Shown here piece after piece: positions 29,092-38,496 of a stretch of DNA of 64,000 nt. The DNA comes from an uncultured Elusimicrobia bacterium. Lineage in GTDB: Bacteria > Elusimicrobiota > Elusimicrobia > 2-01-FULL-59-12. The DNA lies in the NCBI GenBank assembly GCA_963702895.1, contig OY969767.1, positions 1,216,001 through 1,280,000 on the forward strand. The letters run 5' to 3'. Both the position numbers and the translations under genes were made by a program. Positions within the stretch are counted from its first letter, which is position 1. The number at the start of each line of letters is the position of its first letter. The notes beneath the pieces are model-generated. The model had not been told where the DNA came from and searched no databases. It saw only the letters and a list, made by a program, of their open reading frames with translations.

Positions 29092-30591
29092 CTAAGGTTT
29101 TTCAGCAATAATAAGGACAGACAATCCGAAGGGAGGGCTGACATAGCGTTCCATGCCTAAGAGGAGGATGATCAAGTCAAAAAGACGGATTTGGCGACTT
29201 GGGATCAGCTTTTTCCGCAAGAGGCGCCCGTTCACGAACCATCCGATCGCTCCAATCCAATTCAGATAGCGGCTACGGATTACTTTGAACCCGGCATTTT
29301 CTAAGACGCACGACAAACTATTTTTCGTATAGCGTCGGAAGTGACCCAAATGGCGGTCCATTTCAGAAAACAACCAGGCATGCGCCGGCACAAGAATCAC
29401 CAGGCGACCTTTCGCGGGCAGCAGACTATACATATGCTTGACGGCAAGCTGATCGTTCTCGATGTGTTCCAGCATGTTCATCGACAATATGGTGTCGATA
29501 TCCTTTGGGTGGCCAAATCGCTTCACAGAATCTTCCTTCGTAAGATCAAGAGCTGCAATCTTGAGGTTTTGGAAGTGCCAGAATTTGCTGCGCAGCTCTG
29601 AAACATACTCGTCGGAAAAGTCGGTGACGACCACCGAAGGCTTATGAAGGAGGAGCTTGGTGATATTTCCGACACCTGCTCCCACCTCAAGGACATGCTC
29701 GCCCAGATGTGGCTTGCATTGATCAAAGAGCCAGCGGTTATAGGCTCCAGCGCCTTCCATGATACGTAGGGTGCGCAGGCCAGCGGATTCTCCATAAAGA
29801 TCATCCACGAGCCAGAACCAGAGCATCACGAAGATGGCCTTGACACCATCCCACGCCGTGATCTTTTTCCCCTCTTCGTAGCTGCGGCCGTAATACGAAA
29901 TGGGCACCTCATAAATACGGCAGCGCAGCTTCGCTAGCTTAGCCGTGATTTCGGGTTCAAATCCAAAGCGGTTCGAACGGATCGGGATGGATTGGAGGAT
30001 GGACGTGCGGAACATCTTATAGCCGGTCTCCATGTCCGTTAAGTTAAGGTCCGTGAGGATGTTGGAAAAAAGCGTCAGCATTTTATTGGCTACGGCGTGC
30101 CAGAAAAAGTGAATACGGGCTGTTTCCCCTCGGAACCGCGAGCCGTAGACCACATCAGCATGTCCAGATTGGATGGGTTTCAGGAGCTTCACGTAATCCG
30201 TCGGATCATATTCCAGGTCCGCATCCTGGATGATGGTGATTTGGCCTGTGGCGTGGGCAATGCCCGTACGAATGGCAGCGCCTTTTCCCTGGTTCTTTTC
30301 ATGGAAAACAATCTTGAGCGTCATCGGGGCACTCGCCTGGGACGGGAAGTGAGCCTCGGGGTGTTCCTGGAGACGCTTAAGGAATTCACGCGTGCCGTCG
30401 GTTGAGCAGTCGTCCACAATAATGATTTCTTTGGAAATGGGGACTTCCTGAACGCGTCTTAAGATCTCACCTATGAATAAGACTTCGTTGTAAACCGGAA
30501 TGAGGACGGTCAGGATATCCGAGACGCCTCTCGAAGGTCCCTGATGGGCAGTCCCTTTGAGCGTCATAGGCGGTCTCGCAAGGTGTTCCAT
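29092..30591 (-). CDS. GT2 (DPM1-like) glycosyltransferase fused to a C-terminal class I methyltransferase
   Basis: LIPVYNE, VDDCSTDGT, NQGKGAA, IQDADLEYDP, DMETGYK, FGFEPEITAK; then VLEVGAGVG, NMLEHIEND, GHFRRY. Exact start uncertain. Confidence 0.88.
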   Translation of the reverse strand: MEHLARPPMTLKGTAHQGPSRGVSDILTVLIPVYNEVLFIGEILRRVQEVPISKEIIIVDDCSTDGTREFLKRLQEHPEAHFPSQASAPMTLKIVFHEKNQGKGAAIRTGIAHATGQITIIQDADLEYDPTDYVKLLKPIQSGHADVVYGSRFRGETARIHFFWHAVANKMLTLFSNILTDLNLTDMETGYKMFRTSILQSIPIRSNRFGFEPEITAKLAKLRCRIYEVPISYYGRSYEEGKKITAWDGVKAIFVMLWFWLVDDLYGESAGLRTLRIMEGAGAYNRWLFDQCKPHLGEHVLEVGAGVGNITKLLLHKPSVVVTDFSDEYVSELRSKFWHFQNLKIAALDLTKEDSVKRFGHPKDIDTILSMNMLEHIENDQLAVKHMYSLLPAKGRLVILVPAHAWLFSEMDRHLGHFRRYTKNSLSCVLENAGFKVIRSRYLNWIGAIGWFVNGRLLRKKLIPSRQIRLFDLIILLLGMERYVSPPFGLSVLIIAEKP

Positions 30592-30666
30592 CGTGAGACG
30601 AGATAACACGTCGCGACGATGAAGAAATAGAGATTCCACCAGAACGAGGCAGGAAGCTTCTTCATA

Positions 30667-31626
30667 TCAAAGCGGTCCATTTCCCCCATGGCTTTGAATA
30701 TACCAGTCCATGGTTCGCTTCAGGCCAGTCGTAAGAGGGGTCTTAGCACGGAAACCGAAGGATGATGCGGCGCTTGTATCCAGCCGGCGCTTCATCTGTC
30801 CATCCGGCTGGGACGTATTCCATCGGATCTTGCCCCCATAGTGAAGCAAAGAACAGATCTCGTGAACGAGCGCCTTAATGGTGATAGCCTTCCCGGTGCC
30901 CAGGTTGACCGGCGCGGCACCGTTATAGCGCTGGGCCGCTAGCAAGATTCCTTTTGCGGCGTCATCGGCATAGAGAAATTCCCGGCTTGCCCGCCCGGTG
31001 CCCCAGACCTCAATGCTTGCTTTGTGGTGGATCTTGGCTTCGTAGACCTTGCGGATGATCGCTGGAATGACGTGGGATGACTTGGGATCGAAATTATCGC
31101 CCGGTCCGTAAAGGTTCGCGGGCAAGAGATAAATGGCGTTAAAACCGTACTGGGTGCGGTAGGCCTGTGCTTGAACGAGCAACATCTTCTTGGCAAGCCC
31201 GTAAGGGGCGTTCGTTTCCTCGGGATAGCCCTTCCAGAGGTCGGACTCTTTGAAGGGAACAGGCGTAAACTTGGGATAGGCGCAAACCGTGCCCACCTGG
31301 ACGAATTTCTTAACGCCATGGCGGCGTGCCAATTCCATCAACTGAATGCCCATCACCGCGTTATCGTAGAAGAGCTCTCCCGGACGCTCCCGGTTTTTTC
31401 CAATCCCACCGCAATTAGCAGCCAAGTGAATAATCAGGTTGGGTTTGACGGTAGACAGGTAGCGATCAATGACTCGGGCATCGCGCAGATCAGTCTTGTG
31501 ATGCTCGGGGATGCTGATGTGCCTGCACCCGAGATTCTTGAGACCTTCTACAACATAGGATCCGAGGAATCCTTTGCCTCCGGTGACCAGCACGCGCTGG
31601 GAGGACCAATGGAAGGGTAATGACAT
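30667..31626 (-). CDS. fcl: GDP-L-fucose synthase
   Basis: HLAANCGGIG.N...PG, GTVCAYPK, TNAPYGLAKK, NLYGPGDNF..SSHVIPA, WGTG..SREFLY, PDGQ. Confidence 0.95.
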   Translation of the reverse strand: MSLPFHWSSQRVLVTGGKGFLGSYVVEGLKNLGCRHISIPEHHKTDLRDARVIDRYLSTVKPNLIIHLAANCGGIGKNRERPGELFYDNAVMGIQLMELARRHGVKKFVQVGTVCAYPKFTPVPFKESDLWKGYPEETNAPYGLAKKMLLVQAQAYRTQYGFNAIYLLPANLYGPGDNFDPKSSHVIPAIIRKVYEAKIHHKASIEVWGTGRASREFLYADDAAKGILLAAQRYNGAAPVNLGTGKAITIKALVHEICSLLHYGGKIRWNTSQPDGQMKRRLDTSAASSFGFRAKTPLTTGLKRTMDWYIQSHGGNGPL

Positions 31627-31628
31627 GC

Positions 31629-32657
31629 TTAGGGTTGCCGAAGGGGTGCCGTCATCTTGCGGGTGCCGTCCAGCTCGGTTTGCACGCGTTGGAGGTCCGC
31701 GTCAACCATGAGTCGAACAAGTTCCTTGAACTTCACACGAGGCGTCCACTTGAGCAGGTTCCTCGCTTTGGTTGCGTCACCGATGAGGAGATCCACTTCG
31801 GTCGGGCGGAAGTAGTGAGGATCGATCCGGACATAAGTCTTCCAATCCAACCCGACGTACGAAAAGGCTTCCTGGCAGAACTCTTCTACAGTATGCGTCT
31901 CACCGGTGGCAATGACGTAATCATCCGGCCGGTCCTGTTGGAGCATGAGCCACATGGCCTCGACATACTCCGGTGCGTAACCCCAGTCACGCTGAGCTTT
32001 CAGATTGCCAAGATAAAGATCTTTGTCGAGCCCGGCTTTGATGCGGGCAACGGCTCTTGTAATCTTACGCGAAACAAACGTCTCTCCACGGCGTGGAGAT
32101 TCATGGTTAAAAAGGATGCCGTTGCATGCAAAAAGCTTATACGCTTCTCGGTAGTTGACCGTCAGCCAATACGCATAGAGTTTGGCGCATCCGTAGGGGC
32201 TTCGGGGGTAGAAGGGGGTGCGTTCCGTCTGCGGCGTTTCCTGCACTTTTCCAAACATCTCACTTGAGGACGCCTGGTAGAATTTCGTTTGAACACCGCT
32301 GTCTCGAATGGCATCCAGGAGCCGCAGGGTGCCGAGTCCGGTGACATCGCCCGTGTATTCCGGAATGTCAAAACTGACACGGACATGGCTTTGGGCGCCC
32401 AAATGATAGATTTCGTCGGGTTTAATTTGCTTCAGCAGCTGGTTTAACGCGCTGCCATCGGTCAGGTCACTGTAATGGAGAAGAAGTTTTGGATGAGGGG
32501 CGTGGGGGTCCTCGTAGATATTGACTAAGCGACCCGTATTAAAGGAACTCGAGCGACGAATGATGCCGTGTACCTCATAACCCTTGCTGAGCAAAAGCTC
32601 AGCAAGATAAGAGCCGTCTTGGCCTGTAATGCCGGTGATCAGCGCGCGTTTGCTCAT
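31629..32657 (-). CDS. gmd: GDP-mannose 4,6-dehydratase
   Basis: [63 protein letters not shown]. Confidence 0.97.
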   Translation of the reverse strand: MSKRALITGITGQDGSYLAELLLSKGYEVHGIIRRSSSFNTGRLVNIYEDPHAPHPKLLLHYSDLTDGSALNQLLKQIKPDEIYHLGAQSHVRVSFDIPEYTGDVTGLGTLRLLDAIRDSGVQTKFYQASSSEMFGKVQETPQTERTPFYPRSPYGCAKLYAYWLTVNYREAYKLFACNGILFNHESPRRGETFVSRKITRAVARIKAGLDKDLYLGNLKAQRDWGYAPEYVEAMWLMLQQDRPDDYVIATGETHTVEEFCQEAFSYVGLDWKTYVRIDPHYFRPTEVDLLIGDATKARNLLKWTPRVKFKELVRLMVDADLQRVQTELDGTRKMTAPLRQP

Positions 32658-32678
32658 AAGCAATTTAGGGTGTGCGAC

Positions 32679-32687
32679 ATTTTAGCA
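32679..32687 (-). promoter_or_regulatory. Extended -10 element upstream of gmd
   Basis: TGCTAAAAT (TGn-TAnnnT) ending 21 nt before the gmd ATG; no clear -35. Confidence 0.5.
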
Positions 32688-32726
32688 CAAGCTCCGTCGT
32701 CTCTCCTTGAAATCCGGAAGGCGCGG

Positions 32727-33220
32727 AGCAGGAAATCATTAGGGGGGTCCTTTCTATCCCATGGAGCAGGGGCCTGCTCGCTCCGGCGAAATTTCCCCCT
32801 CCATAGCCCAGATCAAGCCGGGCTACAGAGGGTCAGCGTTATGGCGAGGGCAGCCTGCGGAACTCGGGACTTCCCTAGATTTGTGCAAAGGATGCCCTCA
32901 CACAGTCCTCGGCTGGTCACGCCCTCGCCAAAACGCTTGAAATTTCGAGTCGCTCGCTAGACCCCTGCTCCATGGAAAGAAGTTCTACTCATACAATTAC
33001 GCGAACACTTCTTGCCGCGGGGGAGTGAGGCAGCGAACGACTCGCGGACGGCGGCGGGGCGACGAGAGCGTTTTGCCGAGGATGGATGAGCCTCGCCCTC
33101 TAGTCTACAGGAAGGAGGCGAGTTCCGCAGGCAGCTCGAGACGCACCGCCGGGTTGTCCGGGAGCGCCGGAGTGAGATGCCTCACTCCCCCGCGGAAAGG
33201 ACCCACAAAAGTTTCCTGCT
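32727..33220. repeat. Large nested-palindrome element (MITE/REP-like or structured RNA)
   Basis: Outer inverted pairs AGCAGGAAA/TTTCCTGCT and GGGTCCTTTC/GAAAGGACCC enclose domain A (14-bp IR, 32759-32772/32962-32975), a small hairpin (32977-33013) and domain C (18-bp perfect IR, 33015-33032/33178-33195). Confidence 0.8.
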
Positions 33221-33309
33221 ACTCTTAAGACGCCACCGCCAGGCGCATCGCTCTATGCTTCTGCAAGCAGGAAGCCAGAATTAGAAGCCTCGTGCCACCC
33301 CGCACGACG

Positions 33310-33447
33310 TGAATAGGTGATGAATAGGTCATGAATAGGTCACCTTGGTGGGTTTATCGTCTGAAAGAAGGCACACCTATTCATCGTGAATAGGTCGGAC
33401 ATACATGAATAGGTGATGAATAGGTCGTGAATAGGTCATGAATAGGT
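33310..33447 (+). repeat. Array of nine TGAATAGGT boxes, mostly at 11-bp spacing
   Basis: Direct copies start at 33310, 33321, 33332, 33387, 33406, 33417, 33428 and 33439; one inverted copy at 33375-33383. Confidence 0.95.
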
Positions 33448-33457
33448 GAGGTGCGGG

Positions 33458-34156
33458 TTATGCCAGGTCCTTGGGTGAAGGGAGTTTAGCGATCTCATAG
33501 CGGCGCTCGCGCGTATTGGAGGAAGGGCTTTGGCGCGCGTTGCCAGTTTTCACAAGATCCTCCAGGCTCCGCCAGGCGGTCGGTTGGGAGATCCCTAAAC
33601 GGGCGGCAACCTCTTCACTCGTCAGCGGCCCCTGCTCATTGAGCAGCCGGATCAGGCGCACGCGTCGGTCACTGGCGGCCTGGTCGAGCGGCGGCGAGGC
33701 TGCTCCAGGAGTTTTTCGCGAGGCTTGGCGTAGGCTCGCGCTCACCCCCGTCGCGGCAAAGATGCCCAGCACGCCGAGCGTGATGGTCTTCAATTCCTGC
33801 GGAAGCGACCATCGTGTCGAAAGGTTCGCACACGCGGCGAGCGCCAAGTAGAGCGCAAACCAGAGTCCGATGAAAAGTTCGCCACGCCGCAGGCGCATGA
33901 TCGATTCGTCGGCCCCAAGCCACTTGGCGCCTTCCCGTTGTGCCGCGTAGCCGCCAAGAAGCGCTAAATACACATCCCCCCAGGGAACGCGCGAGGCATA
34001 AGTCCCGCCTTTAAAAAACTCATACAGTTGAAAGGCAAAGATGACGGCTGTATATCCCAACGTAATAGGGTAGAGCGCTCGGTCCATGGCATGCAAGAAG
34101 GTTCGGGACTGCACTTGCGGGGTGGTTCCGGACGGTTGTGACGTATCAGTGTTCAT
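33458..34156 (-). CDS. Membrane protein (about 4 TM helices) with a C-terminal winged helix-turn-helix domain
   Basis: Hydrophobic segments in residues ~27-140, a Pro/Ala linker, then RLIRLLNEQGPLTSEEVAARLGISQPTAWRSLEDLVKTG...RERRYEI. AAGGAAGG upstream. Confidence 0.8.
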   Translation of the reverse strand: MNTDTSQPSGTTPQVQSRTFLHAMDRALYPITLGYTAVIFAFQLYEFFKGGTYASRVPWGDVYLALLGGYAAQREGAKWLGADESIMRLRRGELFIGLWFALYLALAACANLSTRWSLPQELKTITLGVLGIFAATGVSASLRQASRKTPGAASPPLDQAASDRRVRLIRLLNEQGPLTSEEVAARLGISQPTAWRSLEDLVKTGNARQSPSSNTRERRYEIAKLPSPKDLA

Positions 34157-34245
34157 GACAGGAGCCCCTTCCTTGGAGAGGTAACGACGGGTTGATGCGC
34201 TGTAATTAAACCAAAGAAAAGGAACATCACTGAGCGCGAAGTGGC

Positions 34246-35367
34246 TTAATAAAAGGCTTTGATCTGATCTGAGACGAAGTCCACATCATCCGTTGACATG
34301 AAAGGGTACAACGGGAGACTTAGAGTTTGTCGTGCCAGCTTTTCACTTACCGGGAAATCATTCACGTGATGACCGAGATGACTCAGCGCTGGGAGCAAGG
34401 GTAGCGTGATAGGATAATGAAGGCCTACCGAAATCTTCTTCTGTTCCAGAAACGTCTTGAGTTCATCGCGACGCTCGGATTGCACGGTATACAAATGATA
34501 AACGTGCTCCCGATCAGGAGATTCGTGAGGCAAAATGAGCGGCAGACCGGCCAGGGCCTTGGTGTAATGTTTGGCCAGATTCTGGCGTCGACGATTCCAT
34601 TCATCAAGGTGCTTGAGTTTTAAGCGCAAGACCGCGGCCTGGATCTCATCTAAGCGTGAGTTGTAGGCGACTTCATCGTGGTGATACTTGATCTTGGCTC
34701 CATGGTTGCGAAGGTTTCGGACACGCTCCGCGAGCTCATCAGAAGAAGAGATGACAGCGCCAGCATCGCCGCAGGCACCCAAGTTCTTGGTTGGGTAGAA
34801 ACTAAGACAGGCGATCGAACCCCACGAGCCAATCTTTTTATTTCGATAAGTGCTGCCGATGGCTTGTGCCATATCTTCAATCAGTGGAATGTTATGTTCT
34901 TGGGCAATCTCTAATAGCGACTGCAGGTCAGCTGGCAAGCCATAAAGATGCACAGCGATGATGGCCTTCGTTTGCTTTGTGATCTTCTGCTTGATGAGGG
35001 CTGGATTAATCGCGTACGTTTTAGGGTCTATATCAACGAAGACAGGTTTTGCTCCCAAGAGGACAATGGGTTCAACGGTCGCAAAGAAGGACATCGCTGG
35101 GACAATGACCTCATCCCCACCCGCGATATTCAGCGCCCGAAGGGCTAGGTGGATGGCATCTGTGCCGCTGTTGACACCGATGGCGTGACGAGCGCCAAGA
35201 TAAGCGCTCAGCTCATGTTCAAAGGCGCTGAGTTCCTTCCCAAGGACGTAGGACCCCGAGCTGAGAATCCTGTCGAGGACGGGCGTTAACTCTGATTTGA
35301 TCGTGTCATACTCACGGCCCAGATCGGTGATGGGGACGCGCCTCGGTATGTCTGGAGGTTTGTTCAT
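34246..35367 (-). CDS. DegT/DnrJ/EryC1/StrS aminotransferase
   Basis: [50 protein letters not shown]. Confidence 0.93.
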   Translation of the reverse strand: MNKPPDIPRRVPITDLGREYDTIKSELTPVLDRILSSGSYVLGKELSAFEHELSAYLGARHAIGVNSGTDAIHLALRALNIAGGDEVIVPAMSFFATVEPIVLLGAKPVFVDIDPKTYAINPALIKQKITKQTKAIIAVHLYGLPADLQSLLEIAQEHNIPLIEDMAQAIGSTYRNKKIGSWGSIACLSFYPTKNLGACGDAGAVISSSDELAERVRNLRNHGAKIKYHHDEVAYNSRLDEIQAAVLRLKLKHLDEWNRRRQNLAKHYTKALAGLPLILPHESPDREHVYHLYTVQSERRDELKTFLEQKKISVGLHYPITLPLLPALSHLGHHVNDFPVSEKLARQTLSLPLYPFMSTDDVDFVSDQIKAFY

Positions 35368-36302
35368 ATCTGACGCACGGAATCTGAAAAGTACTTGATG
35401 GTCTTTCTCAATCCTGTTTCAAGAGGGACGCGGGGTCTCCAACGAAGTTGCTTCGTGGCAATCGAAATATCAGGACGGCGAGTGCGAGGATCATCAACGG
35501 GTAAGGGACGATGGACCAGTTTGCTCTTTGACTTGGTGAGCCGCCTGACCGCGTCAGCGAGTTGATTCAGCGTCATCTCGTTGGGGTTGCCAATATTGAC
35601 GGGTGAGTTGATCTTAGAAAAGAGCAGCTTGTAGAGGCCCTCCACAAGATCTTCTATATAGCAGAAGCTTCGTGTTTGTGAGCCGTCGCCATAAATCGTG
35701 ATCGGCCTATTCTGGAGAGCCTGGCCAATAAAGTTCGGGATCGCTCGTCCATCGTTATGGCGCATCCGCGGACCGTAGGTGTTAAAGATTCTGACGATCC
35801 TCACTTGCATATGGTGATAGCGGTGATAAGCCATGGTCATCGCTTCGGCAAAGCGCTTCGCTTCATCGTAGACGCCTCTTGGCCCCACCGGGTTCACATG
35901 GCCCCAATAGGTCTCAGGCTGGGGACTCACCAAAGGATCGCCATAAACTTCAGAGGTCGAGGCAAGCAAAAAGGCGGCCTTTTTCTCTTTGGCCAATCCC
36001 AAAACTTTGTGCGTTCCAAGCGCGCCCACCTTGAGTGTCGGAATGGGGTACTCCAGGTAATCTCGTGGCGACGCGGGACTCGCGAAGTGAAGGACCGCAT
36101 CGAGCTTTCCCGGCACATGAATGAAATTCGTCACGTCATGCCGGATGAACTGAAAAGACCTTTTCCCCATCAGGTGCTCAATGTTTCGCATGGCGCCGGT
36201 CAGGAGGTTGTCCATGGCAATCACGCTATGTCCTTTGGCCAAAAAGAAGTCACAAAGGTGGCTGCCAATGAAGCCTGCCCCTCCCGTAATCAGGACACGC
36301 AT
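35364..36302 (-). CDS. uxs: UDP-glucuronate decarboxylase (UDP-xylose synthase family)
   Basis: [69 protein letters not shown]. Confidence 0.9.
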   Translation of the reverse strand: MRVLITGGAGFIGSHLCDFFLAKGHSVIAMDNLLTGAMRNIEHLMGKRSFQFIRHDVTNFIHVPGKLDAVLHFASPASPRDYLEYPIPTLKVGALGTHKVLGLAKEKKAAFLLASTSEVYGDPLVSPQPETYWGHVNPVGPRGVYDEAKRFAEAMTMAYHRYHHMQVRIVRIFNTYGPRMRHNDGRAIPNFIGQALQNRPITIYGDGSQTRSFCYIEDLVEGLYKLLFSKINSPVNIGNPNEMTLNQLADAVRRLTKSKSKLVHRPLPVDDPRTRRPDISIATKQLRWRPRVPLETGLRKTIKYFSDSVRQI

Positions 36303-37606
36303 CAGGCAAACCTCCCCATTCCACGGTATTCAAAACCAAGGGCTTTGAGTTTAGAGCCATCGAGGGCGTTGCGGCCATCAATGAGGATCGGATGTGTCAT
36401 CTGTTGTTTGATCTTGGTAAAGTTGAGCCGCAAAAACTCCGGCCATTCCGTCACGAGGACCAAGCAATCGGCATGATCGGCGACTTCGTAAGCGTTTTTG
36501 CAATAGACAATGTGTTGGGTGATCTGTTTGGCCTTCTCCATAGCGACCGGATCATAGGCTCGAACCTTGCAGCCATGATCAAGCAAGCGGTCCATAATAT
36601 CGAGAGCAGGAGCAAAACGAATATCGTCTGTAAAAGGTTTGAAGGCGATGCCCAAGAGGCCAACGGTTTTCCCCTTCAGGTTCCAGAGGGAGTCTTCAAT
36701 GATTTTGATGAGATGCAGACGTTGTTGTTCGTTCACCTCTTTGACAACGCGAAGCAACTCAAAGTCATAACCGACGCGTCTCGAGATATAGTGAAAGGCC
36801 TCCAGGTCTTTCGGCAAGCAAAACCCGCCAAAGCCTAGCCCGGCGTTAAGAAACGATCGTCCTATGCGCGGATCCAGCCCCATGCCTTCAGCAACCTGTT
36901 TCACGTCAGCGCCCACGAGCTCGCAGACTCTTGATACGGAATTCATGAAGGATATCTTGGTCGCAAGAAACGAATTCGAAGCGTGCTTAATGAGCTCCGC
37001 ACTCTTGAGGTCCGTCAAAATCAGCTTCGCTTTAAGCGGTGCGTAAAGATCCGTCATCACCTTGGTGGCGCGCTTGGACTTGGAGCCGATCACAATACGG
37101 TCTGGCTTAAGGAAATCATGAACCGCAGTCCCTTCACGCAGGAACTCGGGGTTTGACACCATGTCAAACGGTACTTGTTTTCGATTGAAGCGTGTGATGG
37201 TGCGTTCGACCTGCTCTCCTGTTTCAACAGGGACCGTTGACTTTTCAGCGATGACCGTGTACGCCTTCAAATTCAACGCGATGTCTTTGGCGACCGCCTC
37301 GATATAGGTCAGATCGGCGGAACCGTCGGAGCGCGGAGGGGTACCCACCGCAATAAAAACAATCTGAGCGTTTTCCATGGCACGGGCCAGGGTCGGCTCA
37401 AAGGATAGGCGTTTGTTCTTCACATGACGGGCGACGAGCGCGTCCAGGCCTGACTCGTAAATCGGGATGCGGCCGGCTTTGAGCGCTGCGATCTTCGACG
37501 CGTCATTGTCGACGCATACCACCTGGTGGCCTATTTCGGCCAGGCACGCGCCTGTCACAAGGCCTACATACCCGCAACCGATCACACAGACATTCATTGA
37601 TTTCAT
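36302..37606 (-). CDS. ugd: UDP-glucose 6-dehydrogenase
   Basis: [54 protein letters not shown]. Confidence 0.95.
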   Translation of the reverse strand: MKSMNVCVIGCGYVGLVTGACLAEIGHQVVCVDNDASKIAALKAGRIPIYESGLDALVARHVKNKRLSFEPTLARAMENAQIVFIAVGTPPRSDGSADLTYIEAVAKDIALNLKAYTVIAEKSTVPVETGEQVERTITRFNRKQVPFDMVSNPEFLREGTAVHDFLKPDRIVIGSKSKRATKVMTDLYAPLKAKLILTDLKSAELIKHASNSFLATKISFMNSVSRVCELVGADVKQVAEGMGLDPRIGRSFLNAGLGFGGFCLPKDLEAFHYISRRVGYDFELLRVVKEVNEQQRLHLIKIIEDSLWNLKGKTVGLLGIAFKPFTDDIRFAPALDIMDRLLDHGCKVRAYDPVAMEKAKQITQHIVYCKNAYEVADHADCLVLVTEWPEFLRLNFTKIKQQMTHPILIDGRNALDGSKLKALGFEYRGMGRFA

Positions 37607-38496
37607 GTCGTCACCTTCTTTTGACTAAAGTGTTCTTGCATGGCTTCTTGCCAGGGTCGCAAAAGTGGAAAACCATCAAGCCTCCAAGCCAGATTGTCTA
37701 ATCCAGCAAACGCTGGACGTTGGGCCGGTAAACCCAATTCAGAAAGGGTCATTTTACGCAAACCACGGTAGGGCGTCATCTTGTGAAGTCGCAGCACCTC
37801 TTCGGCCAGCTCAACACGCGAGCAAAACCCATGATTGGTGACATGGTAGATTCCATAATGTCGGCTCTCCGCGAGCCGCAAAAGCGCGGCCGCGAGGTCC
37901 GGGGTGTAGGTGGGTGCGCTGACCATGTCGGTCACAGCCTGGATGGGGGCATCGCGACGCGCCGCGTCTATGACACTGTCCACCCACGTGTTGCGCGCAG
38001 GCCCAAAGAGCCAAGAAGTCCGAACGATAAAGTATTTCGACAAGAGGTCCTTCACAAAGATCTCCGCCCAGAGTTTCGAGTGTCCGTAAGTACTGATGGG
38101 TCGGCAGGTGTCATACTCACGATAGCCGCTCGGCAGGGCATCGGTCCCGCTAAAGACATAATCGGTCGAGACGCTAATGAGGGTGGTGTCAAAACGTTGG
38201 CAGGCGAGCGCGATGTTGCGCGTGGCCAGCGCGTTGCCTCGAAAGGCGGCATCGGGATCCGATTCCGCGCCATCCACATTATTGTAGGCCGCGCAATGCA
38301 CCACAAGATCAGGATTGTCTTTGGTGATCGTCGCATACGTGAGGGCGGCGTTCGTGAGATCGCACGCCCGGAAGCGCTCATGGGCGATCCAGGCAGGTCT
38401 CGTGATGTCGATCGCGATGATCTCATGGCTCTTTTCAAACAAGATCGAGACATCGTGTCCAAGCAGGCCGCCAGCTCCCGTCAAAACGATCTTCAC
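37603..38496 (-). CDS. rmlD: dTDP-4-dehydrorhamnose reductase
   Basis: TGAGGLLG, CAAYNNVDGAE, STDYVFSG, YGHSKL, RTSWLFG, PTY..DLA, AQRP. GTG start in a GTGA overlap. Confidence 0.92.
   Translation of the reverse strand: MKIVLTGAGGLLGHDVSILFEKSHEIIAIDITRPAWIAHERFRACDLTNAALTYATITKDNPDLVVHCAAYNNVDGAESDPDAAFRGNALATRNIALACQRFDTTLISVSTDYVFSGTDALPSGYREYDTCRPISTYGHSKLWAEIFVKDLLSKYFIVRTSWLFGPARNTWVDSVIDAARRDAPIQAVTDMVSAPTYTPDLAAALLRLAESRHYGIYHVTNHGFCSRVELAEEVLRLHKMTPYRGLRKMTLSELGLPAQRPAFAGLDNLAWRLDGFPLLRPWQEAMQEHFSQKKVTT

Noticed and set aside
32727..33220. RNase P RNA, tmRNA, SRP RNA or group II intron
   Set aside because: I could not find their hallmark sequences (GAGGAAAGTCC, tRNA-like ends with a tag ORF, GTGCG start with domain V) on either strand.
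32568..33228. Short ORFs 32568-32960 and 33025-33228 (+)
   Set aside because: They run through palindromic repeat DNA and show no protein-like motifs.
33230..33240. ops/JUMPstart-like GGCGGTGGCGT on the minus strand upstream of gmd
   Set aside because: It mismatches the conserved A of GGCGGTAG, is likely by chance in GC-rich DNA, and gmd seems to have its own promoter downstream.
33310..33447. CRISPR array
   Set aside because: Repeats are 9 bp with mostly 2-bp linkers, there are no spacer-sized unique sequences between most copies, and no cas genes are present.
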